Shown here: positions 1 to 6,568 of the stretch, in pieces
How positions within the stretch are numbered: the first letter of the stretch is position 1
How the letters are laid out: each line of letters starts with the position of its first letter
Assembly: GCA_001775835.1 (NCBI GenBank)
Contig: MEYP01000006.1
Span: 16,486 to 52,720, forward strand
Length of the DNA: 36,235 nt
Reading direction: 5' to 3'
From: Candidatus Azambacteria bacterium RIFCSPHIGHO2_02_FULL_52_12
GTDB lineage: Bacteria > Patescibacteriota > Minisyncoccia > GWC2-36-17 > WO2-46-25
Translations under genes and position numbers: made by a program
Notes under the pieces: model-generated
Told to the model about the DNA's origin: nothing
The model's input: the letters and a program-made list of their open reading frames with translations, nothing else
Databases searched by the model: none

Positions 1-1006
1 CGTCGTGTTCCGATCTTTCTTGCTCTGGTTCTTCCATCATGCGCTCGGCTTCTTTCGCCGCTTTGCGCGCTTGGACGGATGTGATAAAGGAGTCTCCGTA
101 TGAACCGCGCTCTGATTGAGTTCTTGCGTTCTCAAGCGCATGCTTTGCTTCTTCCAGTTTTTGTTCCGCGTTCGGCCGGCTTGCGCCTTCAGACTGCGCT
201 TTCTTAAGGGTCTGCTCCATCTCGCTAACCCTGTCTTGGACGGATCTTATTTTTTTGCGTGATTTTTCCTGGAACTCCTTGCGAACGGCTTTTTGCTCCG
301 TTAACAATGTCTCGCCCGTACCGGGAACTAGCGCGTCCTCTGTGGAGGTGCCTGCTAAAAGAGCGAGATTGGCGAATTCGTTCTGTGATTCCGCATGCTC
401 GTCAGCATCATCAAGGTATCGTTTAAGCGTATCGGCAAATGTCTTTTTCTGTGATTTTTCCGAGATCTCCTTGATGGTCTGCTGGTGCGCCGAGGTGGCT
501 CGGTCGATGCGCGTCGCGATCTCTTCGGTTTCCCGCGGATCTTCATCGAGCAGTTTTTGGCTTTCTTCCAGTTCAGTCTTATAGTTGATGAGCAAGGCGT
601 CTACGTTCATCTGTCGCGCCGATTCTTCCTGAACGATCTTTTCAAGCTCGTTCAAGCGCCGTGAGGCGAATTCCAAATGAAGCCCGCTTTTTTTTGCCGG
701 GCTTGCGCTTAATGCGACGCGTACCTGTTCGGTCCTAAGTTTCAACGGGTAGAGCGTATCGCCCGGCAAAGCATTCTGCGAAGCAAGCGTAACGCCGCCG
801 GTCGTCAGCACGACCGCAACGACCAACAATGCCGCGGCGCCTTTGTGCGCGAAGAAAAAGAACATCGCGCCAAATTCACGTCTTTGTTCAAGCGCCGGGT
901 ATGCCGCCATGTGCGACCGGAGCACAACCCGAAATTCCGCTTTGCGTTTTTCGCCGGCGCTCATGCGTCCAAGCCGTTGCAGTCTGTTTTTGATAGTGTT
1001 ACTCAT
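1..1006 (-). CDS. Membrane-anchored coiled-coil protein, putative anti-sigma partner (3' end outside window)
   Basis: This ORF is absent from the ORF track because it runs off the window edge. Hand translation of the minus strand from the ATG at 1006 gives MSNTIKNRLQRLGRMSAGEKRKAEF...GAMFFFFAHKGAAALLVVAVVLTTGG, which contains one TM helix. About 270 further codons of E/K/Q-rich sequence follow with no stop down to position 1. The ATG overlaps the sigma-factor stop (ATGAGTAA, 999-1006), which suggests translational coupling. The anti-sigma function is an inference from that position. Confidence 0.6.
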   Translation of the reverse strand, partial: MSNTIKNRLQRLGRMSAGEKRKAEFRVVLRSHMAAYPALEQRREFGAMFFFFAHKGAAALLVVAVVLTTGGVTLASQNALPGDTLYPLKLRTEQVRVALSASPAKKSGLHLEFASRRLNELEKIVQEESARQMNVDALLINYKTELEESQKLLDEDPRETEEIATRIDRATSAHQQTIKEISEKSQKKTFADTLKRYLDDADEHAESQNEFANLALLAGTSTEDALVPGTGETLLTEQKAVRKEFQEKSRKKIRSVQDRVSEMEQTLKKAQSEGASRPNAEQKLEEAKHALENARTQSERGSYGDSFITSVQARKAAKEAERMMEEPEQERSEHD

Positions 1007-1535
1007 GGATATTTTTCGTTTGCGCCATGCGTTTGAGCTTTTTAATTGCGCGGTGCGCTTCCACCCGAACGGAGACGGCGCTTTTGCTCAGAATTCCCGC
1101 GATTTCGGAAAACGACAGTTCTTGCGTGTAGCGCATGGTCAGGATCTCCCGGTGATGTTCCGGCAGCAGTTTGAGCAATTTCAGCATGTTGCCGATCTCA
1201 TCTTTCAAGACGGTCTTCTCGTGCATATCGTTACCATCGGGAATGGCATGCGCGACCTCTTCCAGGTCTATCGTTGTCTGCTTTTCTTTCTGCCGCCAAT
1301 GATCGATGACGATGTTGCGGGCTATAGTATAAAGAAACGCCCTTTGGTTCTTTACCTTCTCGCGCTTCCCGTCGCGCACATATTCCCACATTTTCAAAAA
1401 GCACTCCTGCGTCAAATCCCACGCAAGGGCCTGGTTGCTTGTCCTGAAAAAGATGAACCGGTAGACAGCGTCCGCGTAGGCATCATACAGGTCCGTAAAT
1501 TCTTGCGATAGTTGTTGATGGGGTTGAATGTTCAC
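999..1535 (-). CDS. ECF-type RNA polymerase sigma factor (sigma-70 family)
   Basis: The 178-aa ORF has a region-2-like segment (FLYTIARNIVIDHWRQ) and a region-4 HTH (LSFSEIAGILSKSAVSVRVEAHRAIKKLK). It starts with GTG at 1535. Confidence 0.85.
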   Translation of the reverse strand: MNIQPHQQLSQEFTDLYDAYADAVYRFIFFRTSNQALAWDLTQECFLKMWEYVRDGKREKVKNQRAFLYTIARNIVIDHWRQKEKQTTIDLEEVAHAIPDGNDMHEKTVLKDEIGNMLKLLKLLPEHHREILTMRYTQELSFSEIAGILSKSAVSVRVEAHRAIKKLKRMAQTKNIHE

Positions 1536-1574
1536 GAATTACACAATTAAAGACGATAAAAAGCGGTATTTGTT

Positions 1575-1603
1575 ACAATAAGATGAACAGCAGTTCTTGT
1601 CAA
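1575..1603 (-). promoter_or_regulatory. Sigma-70-type promoter for the sigma / anti-sigma pair
   Basis: The minus strand reads TTGACA (1603-1598), a 17-bp spacer, then TATTGT (1580-1575). The sufU TGA stop (1602-1600) lies inside the -35 hexamer. Confidence 0.5.
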
Positions 1604-1983
1604 GAATGCGTTTTACCCGATCTTAACACAGCAAGCGCAAGCAGGGCGCACGGCACGCGCGCGGGGCTGACATCCACCCCTAGAAGCTTGAACATTTTTT
1701 CCGGCGCGAGATTTTGTATCTTTTCAAGCTCTTTGCCTTTAGCGTATTCCAAAAGCACCGAAGCGGCCGCGCCGCTCAAGACACATCCTTGATGGATGAA
1801 TTTCGCCTCTTTTATCTTTCCTTTCGTAAGGGCAAGGTCGATGCTTATTTTGTCGCCGCACAGCAGATTGTCGCCTGACGCGCGCAGGTCCGGTTTTTTC
1901 AGTTTCCCCTTGTAAGGCGAGAGTTCGGCGTGGTTCCGCAGTTGTTTGAAAGCGTTTATGTCCATGGTATGTGTATAGCCCAT
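1600..1983 (-). CDS. sufU: SufU/IscU-like Fe-S cluster scaffold / sulfur acceptor
   Basis: This is the C-terminal 127 aa of track ORF 1600..2166, starting at the ATG at 1983, 10 nt after the sufS stop. Three conserved Cys contexts are present: LLCGD, QGCVLS and RVPCALLA. Confidence 0.8.
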   Translation of the reverse strand: MGYTHTMDINAFKQLRNHAELSPYKGKLKKPDLRASGDNLLCGDKISIDLALTKGKIKEAKFIHQGCVLSGAAASVLLEYAKGKELEKIQNLAPEKMFKLLGVDVSPARVPCALLALAVLRSGKTHS

Positions 1984-1993
1984 GTTTGGAAGT

Positions 1994-3214
1994 TCAACTT
2001 CCAAACATGGTTTTATTGATATCACCCAAAGCGTCATACAGCACGCCGATGTCTTTTTTGGTGTTATAGATGTAGGGACTGATGCGGCAGGTCGCCGGAA
2101 CGCCGAGGAATTTGTGCAGGGGCATCGCGCAGTGGTTGCCCGCGCGCACGGCGATGTTTTGTTCATCCAGCAGGGAAGCGATATCGTGCGGATGGATGCC
2201 CTTGAGGTTGAACGCGACCGCGCCGCTTCGGCGCTTCATGTCTGTGGGACCGTAGACAGTCACGCCGGGGACCTGCCGCAATTTTTCCAGAGTGTACTGT
2301 GCAAGCTCTTTTTCATGGCGCTCGATGTTTTTCATGCCGATATGTTCCAGATAATCGACCGCCGCGCCCAAAGCGATGGCCGCTTCGATGGCGGGCGTCC
2401 CCGCTTCGAATTTCGCGGGCGCGTCGGCAAAGACGACGTTCGTTTCCGAAACCGAGCGTATCATCTCGCCGCCGCCCAAAAACGGGGGCAGGGAACCAAG
2501 ATATTTGTCTTTCATGTATAAAACGCCGATGCCGGTCGGCGCGAGCATTTTGTGCCCCGAAAACGCGTAAAAGTCGCAGTCCATCGCCGACACGTCCACG
2601 CTCATGTGCGGCACCGCCTGCGCGCCGTCAATCAGCGCGGGAATCCCGCGCGCGTGGAAAAATGAAACCAGGTCGCGCGCGGGGTTCACGGTGCCAAGCA
2701 CGTTGGAAACATGGGTGAACGCCGCCAATTTCACCTTCTTGGTCGCTTTTGCCACCAGATCTTTGGGGTCCAGCGTTCCGTCGCTTGTGATGCGTACAAA
2801 CCGCAGTTTCAGCTTCTTTTCTTTTGCGACCAGATACCACGGCACGATATTGGAGTGGTGCTCCATGACGGTCAGCAGGATTTCATCGCCCGCTTTCAGA
2901 TGGTGACGCGCGAAGCTCTGCGCCACCAGATTGACGGCCTCGGTCGTATTGCGGGTGAAAATGATGTTTCTCGCACCTTGCGCGCCGATGAAGCGGGCAA
3001 TCTTTGCGCGCGCTTCCTCGTAGTGCTTCGTCGCTTGTTCGCTCATTTCATAAATGCCCCGGTGGATGTTCGCGTTGGTGTTTTCATAATGCTTCACCAG
3101 CGCGTCTATCACCGCCTGCGGCTTTTGCGTCGTTGCGGCGCTGTCCAAATACACCAATTTAGGATTGGCTTTGAAAATAGGGAAGTCTTTTTTAATGGTG
3201 TTTTTGTTTATCAT
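1994..3214 (-). CDS. sufS: Cysteine desulfurase SufS (class V aminotransferase)
   Basis: The 406-aa ORF carries a PLP-lysine context (FSGHKMLAPTGIGVLY), the catalytic Cys loop (RAGNHCAMPL) and HHSNIVPW. Its start overlaps the sufD stop by 4 nt. Confidence 0.93.
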   Translation of the reverse strand: MINKNTIKKDFPIFKANPKLVYLDSAATTQKPQAVIDALVKHYENTNANIHRGIYEMSEQATKHYEEARAKIARFIGAQGARNIIFTRNTTEAVNLVAQSFARHHLKAGDEILLTVMEHHSNIVPWYLVAKEKKLKLRFVRITSDGTLDPKDLVAKATKKVKLAAFTHVSNVLGTVNPARDLVSFFHARGIPALIDGAQAVPHMSVDVSAMDCDFYAFSGHKMLAPTGIGVLYMKDKYLGSLPPFLGGGEMIRSVSETNVVFADAPAKFEAGTPAIEAAIALGAAVDYLEHIGMKNIERHEKELAQYTLEKLRQVPGVTVYGPTDMKRRSGAVAFNLKGIHPHDIASLLDEQNIAVRAGNHCAMPLHKFLGVPATCRISPYIYNTKKDIGVLYDALGDINKTMFGS

Positions 3215-3789
3215 GGCGTCAGAGCGAGAACATTGCTCATATCTTGGAAAAATCCGGCGACGCAGATTTTTTTCGCTTCTTTTTCGGAAAGCCCGCGCGA
3301 CCGCAGGTAAAACAGGTCCTTTGCGCTGACGCGCCCGATGCTCGAGCCGTGGCTTGCCTTCACTTCGTTTTGCAGTATCTCCAGGTCGGGCTTGATGAAC
3401 GCGCGCGCTTGTTCCGAAAGCAAGAGCGCTTTGGCGCCCAGTTTGGCATCGGCGTATTTCGCGCTTTTTTCGATGCGCACCGTGCCGTGAAACGTTACGC
3501 GCGACGAGTCTGCGAGCGCCCCTTTGAAATTCACGTTTGACGCCGTCCCTTCTGCTTTATGGACGATATCAAGCGCGATGTCCGTTTGCATGTCGCCCGA
3601 ACCTTTATATGCCCATAGTATTTCAACGGAGCTTTTTTTGCCCGCGAGCGTGACGGAAAGATGCATCTTTCTGGGCGCGTGCTTCTCAAAAAGAAAAACA
3701 AGGCGCCGCGCTTCGTTCGCTTTCGCAAGGACGATGGCATGCTCGAACGTTTCCGGCAGGGTATTTGAATGAATGGTAATATCTTGCAT
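3211..3789 (-). CDS. sufD: Short SufD-like Fe-S assembly protein (C-terminal half only)
   Basis: The 192-aa ORF matches the SufB/SufD C-terminal region (FHGTVRIEKSAKYADAKLGAKALLLSEQA...EILQNEVKASHGSSIGRVSAKDLFYLRSRGLSEKEAKK). Confidence 0.8.
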   Translation of the reverse strand: MQDITIHSNTLPETFEHAIVLAKANEARRLVFLFEKHAPRKMHLSVTLAGKKSSVEILWAYKGSGDMQTDIALDIVHKAEGTASNVNFKGALADSSRVTFHGTVRIEKSAKYADAKLGAKALLLSEQARAFIKPDLEILQNEVKASHGSSIGRVSAKDLFYLRSRGLSEKEAKKICVAGFFQDMSNVLALTP

Positions 3790-3810
3790 GTTAAAGTAGA
3801 GTTGGATTTT

Positions 3811-3845
3811 TTCTATTTTCTATTTTCTAAATTCTAGCTTCTATG
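3811..3845 (-). repeat. Heptad array (TAGAAnn) x5 in the sufB-sufD spacer
   Basis: The plus strand reads ttctatt ttctatt ttctaaa ttctagc ttctatg. On the mRNA strand this follows the sufB stop directly: TAG-CATAGAA GCTAGAA TTTAGAA AATAGAA AATAGAA. Confidence 0.9.
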
Positions 3846-5243
3846 CTAACCGATCGCGTTCTCCATTTCCATTTCAATGAGACGGTTGAGCTCAAGAGCG
3901 TAGTCGGCGGGGAGTATTTTTGCCAGCGGCTCGAAAAAACCGGCAACGACTAAGGATGCCGCTTCCGTTTCGGAAAACCCGCGCGACTTAAGATAAAAAA
4001 GCTCCTTCTCGCTGATGCGGGACACCGTGGCTTCATGTTCAATCCTGGTATCCTGTTCTTCTATCTTCATGGTCGGATACGTGTCCGAGCGTGACTGCTT
4101 GTCCAGTATGAGGGCGTCGCACCGCACTTTTATCTTGGCGTTTTTCGCGCCTTTCACGACTTGCGCGAGCCCGCGATACGCGGTGCGCCCGCCGCCAAAC
4201 GCGACGGATTTTGAGACGATGTTGGAAGAAGTGTCGGATGCCATATGCACCACTTTCGCGCCCGCGTCCTGGCACTGCCCCTTGCCCGCCAGCGCCACGG
4301 ACAAGATATCCGCCCGCGCGCCCCGTCCGACCAAAAACACCGAAGGGTATTTCATGGTGATCTTCGAGCCCAGGTTGCCGTCTATCCATTCTACAAGCGC
4401 GTTTTCTTCCGCCCGCGCCCGCTTGGTCACCAGATTGTACACGTTGGCAGACCAGTTCTGGATGGTCGTGTAGCGCACCCGGGAGCCCTTCTTTGCGATT
4501 ATCTCCACCACGGCGGCGTGGAGCGCATCGGTGGTGTACACGGGCGCGGTGCACCCTTCAATGTAGTGCACATCGCTGCCCTCGTCGGCGATGATGAGCG
4601 TGCGCTCGAACTGCCCGATATTCTTGGTGTTGATGCGGAAATACGCCTGCAGGGGCATCGCGACCTTCACCCCCTTGGGCACGTAGATGAAACTGCCGCC
4701 CGACCAGCACGCGGAGTTGAGCGCCGCGAATTTGTTGTCGCCGATGGGCACCACCGTCCCGAAGTATTGCCGGAACAGGTCGGGATATTTCTTGAGGGCG
4801 GTGCCCGTGTCGGTGAAGATGATGCCCTGCTTCTCGAGATTTTTCTGGATGTTGTGGTATACCGTTTCGGAGTCGTATTGCGCGCCCACGCCCGCGAAGA
4901 ATTTCCGTTCGGCTTCGGGCACGCCCAGCTTGTCGAATGTTTTTTTGATGTCTTTGGGCACATCCTTCCATTCCCGGGTTTGCGCCCCTTCAGGCTTCGC
5001 GTAGTAGATGATGTTTCCAAAATCGATGGCGGACAGGTCGGGGCCCCACGCGGGCATTTTTTTTGCGTTGAATATCTCAAACGCGCGCACGCGGAAGTCG
5101 CGCATCCACTGCGGGTCGTTCTTCTCCGCCGAAATGCGCTCGACGATCTCGCGGGAAAGTCCGCGTTCGGTCTGATATGCGGGCTTCACGTCGCTGTGAA
5201 ATCCGTATTGGTATTTCGTGCTGGAGGTTGTATTACTGGGCAT
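3846..5243 (-). CDS. sufB: Fe-S cluster assembly protein SufB
   Basis: The 465-aa ORF is SufB-like along its whole length (YGFHSDVKP..., FIYVPKGVKV, ...HEATVSRISEKELFYLKSRGFSETEA). Confidence 0.95.
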   Translation of the reverse strand: MPSNTTSSTKYQYGFHSDVKPAYQTERGLSREIVERISAEKNDPQWMRDFRVRAFEIFNAKKMPAWGPDLSAIDFGNIIYYAKPEGAQTREWKDVPKDIKKTFDKLGVPEAERKFFAGVGAQYDSETVYHNIQKNLEKQGIIFTDTGTALKKYPDLFRQYFGTVVPIGDNKFAALNSACWSGGSFIYVPKGVKVAMPLQAYFRINTKNIGQFERTLIIADEGSDVHYIEGCTAPVYTTDALHAAVVEIIAKKGSRVRYTTIQNWSANVYNLVTKRARAEENALVEWIDGNLGSKITMKYPSVFLVGRGARADILSVALAGKGQCQDAGAKVVHMASDTSSNIVSKSVAFGGGRTAYRGLAQVVKGAKNAKIKVRCDALILDKQSRSDTYPTMKIEEQDTRIEHEATVSRISEKELFYLKSRGFSETEAASLVVAGFFEPLAKILPADYALELNRLIEMEMENAIG

Positions 5244-5955
5244 ATGATTTGTATCCTTCTTTTTCCAGTTTTTTAACGATCTCTTTTCCGCCCGACGTGA
5301 CGATGGTCCCTTTGCACATCACATGGATATAATCGGGTTTGAGCATTTTGATGATGCGCGGGGAATGGCTCACCAGCAGGAGCCCCATGCCTTTTTTGAC
5401 CATGCGTTTTAAGATCGCCGCGATGCTTTTAAGCGAATCGATATCGAGCCCCGAATCGATTTCGTCCAAAATGGCGAGCTTGGGGTTCGCCGCGACAAGC
5501 TGGAGTATTTCGCTTTTTCTCTTTTCTCCGCCGGAAAACCCGTCGTTTAAGAACCGCTCCATGAAATGTGCCGAAAGCCCGAGCTGTTTGGCGATTTTTT
5601 CCACATGCTCCACGGCCGCGCGGGGGTCGCCGCCTTTTTGCTTTTTTGCGACGGTGCGTAGGAAAGAAGACATGCCCACGCCCTGGATTTCAGGTACTTC
5701 CTGAAACGACAGGAACATGCCCTGTTTCGCGCGCTCTTCCGTCTCTAATTTCGCGATGTTTTTTTTACCAAATGCAATACTCCCTTTTATGATGCGATAC
5801 GAAGGGCTGCCGAGCAGAGTGGCGCACAGCGATGTTTTGCCCGACCCGTTGGGGCCCATCAGGGCGTGCATTTCGCCTTTGCGCACGTTCAAAGAAAGGC
5901 CGTTGACGACCTTCTTGCCTTCCCGTTCCACGGTGATTTTTTTGACGGAGAGCAT
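5233..5955 (-). CDS. sufC: Fe-S cluster assembly ATPase SufC
   Basis: The start is the internal ATG at 5955 of track ORF 5233..6123 (MLSVKKITVEREGKKV...). It has Walker A (GPNGSGKTS), an ABC signature (FSGGEKRK) and Walker B (LAILDEIDSGLD). It overlaps the sufB start by 11 nt. Confidence 0.93.
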   Translation of the reverse strand: MLSVKKITVEREGKKVVNGLSLNVRKGEMHALMGPNGSGKTSLCATLLGSPSYRIIKGSIAFGKKNIAKLETEERAKQGMFLSFQEVPEIQGVGMSSFLRTVAKKQKGGDPRAAVEHVEKIAKQLGLSAHFMERFLNDGFSGGEKRKSEILQLVAANPKLAILDEIDSGLDIDSLKSIAAILKRMVKKGMGLLLVSHSPRIIKMLKPDYIHVMCKGTIVTSGGKEIVKKLEKEGYKSYAQ

Positions 5956-5959
5956 ACGG

Positions 5960-6361
5960 TTATAATTGATCAAGGGTGAATCGTTCGAGCGTTTTACGGA
6001 TTTCCATTTCCGCCTTGTACCATCCTTTGCGGGTGGGGCATACCGAAACGAGCGCGCACGATTTTTCAGGAACCACGGAGTGCAGACAGCGCATGATGGG
6101 TTTTGCCTGAAAAACATCCACAATGTACTGCAGGGTTATTTTTTTCGGGTCTTGCACGAGCCGATATCCGCCATCTTTGCCGACCCGTGACCGGACGACG
6201 CCCGATTGCTTTAAAATAGTGGCGAGCTTTTCGATGTAGGAGTAGGGGAGCCTGTACTGCGCGGAAATACTGCGCAGGGATTTAAAGCGCCGCGAAGCGA
6301 ACGTGTCTTTCAACGCCCCTATCAAAATAAGTCCGTAATCTGTTTTGCGCGATATGTACAT
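5960..6361 (-). CDS. Rrf2-family transcriptional regulator (IscR/SufR-like, probable Fe-S sensor)
   Basis: The 133-aa ORF has an N-terminal wHTH (MYISRKTDYGLILIGALKD...) and a Cys cluster (CLHSVVPEKSCALVSVCP) resembling Rrf2 cluster ligands. It is the first gene of the suf operon. Confidence 0.85.
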   Translation of the reverse strand: MYISRKTDYGLILIGALKDTFASRRFKSLRSISAQYRLPYSYIEKLATILKQSGVVRSRVGKDGGYRLVQDPKKITLQYIVDVFQAKPIMRCLHSVVPEKSCALVSVCPTRKGWYKAEMEIRKTLERFTLDQL

Positions 6362-6380
6362 AACTTATTTCTTGTCCGCA

Positions 6381-6487
6381 GCCATGCTTCCCGGCTCTTT
6401 CCTCCATCCGCTCGCGCCCTTTATCGTAAAATGATAAGGAAGGGCTGCGCTTCCGTTGAGATTGCAGAAAGAGCTGGGGAGCATGGC
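6381..6487. repeat. 107-bp element closed by a 17-bp long-range inverted repeat
   Basis: The arms are gccatgcttcccggctc (6381-6397) and gagctggggagcatggc (6471-6487). They pair at 15 of 17 Watson-Crick positions. The 2 mismatches become G-U pairs only if the plus strand is read as RNA. Confidence 0.7.
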
Positions 6488-6503
6488 TATAAAGACCATT
6501 TCT

Positions 6504-6526
6504 ATTCAGACCATATTGCTCTGAAT
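6504..6526 (-). promoter_or_regulatory. Candidate operator (7-bp inverted repeat) downstream of the suf promoter
   Basis: ATTCAGA-N9-TCTGAAT lies between the predicted -10 box and the Rrf2 gene. Binding by Rrf2 is an inference. Confidence 0.3.
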
Positions 6527-6535
6527 TATCCTTGC

Positions 6536-6564
6536 ACTGTAGCAGTAGAACGCGTAATTGTCAA
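6536..6564 (-). promoter_or_regulatory. Sigma-70-type promoter of the Rrf2-suf operon
   Basis: The minus strand reads TTGACA (6564-6559), a 17-bp spacer, then TACAGT (6541-6536). Confidence 0.5.
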
Positions 6565-6568
6565 TGAG

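Noticed and set aside
255-584. Plus-strand ORF (109 aa) and minus-strand ORF 355..546 from the track.
   Set aside because: Both lie inside, or antisense to, the long open minus-strand frame running from 1006 to the window edge. That frame has a TM helix, a coiled-coil composition and a start coupled to the sigma gene. The track ORFs have low-complexity Ser/Arg-rich translations typical of off-frame readings.
843-1511. 222-aa plus-strand ORF opposite the ECF sigma gene.
   Set aside because: It is an antisense shadow of a gene with clear sigma-70 region 2 and region 4 motifs. It has no recognisable motifs of its own.
4245-5276. 343-aa plus-strand ORF, and other long ORFs antisense to sufB, sufS, the ATPase (6431..7549, 6735..7463, 7820..8470), alaS, L25/transglycosylase (24503..25465) and sbcC (34780..35361, 35244..36062, 35377..36057).
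   Set aside because: All are opposite or out-of-frame to genes with strong family signatures. Their translations are Arg/Gly/His- or Ser/Phe-rich low-complexity sequence, as expected from GC-skewed or coiled-coil-coding DNA read in the wrong frame.
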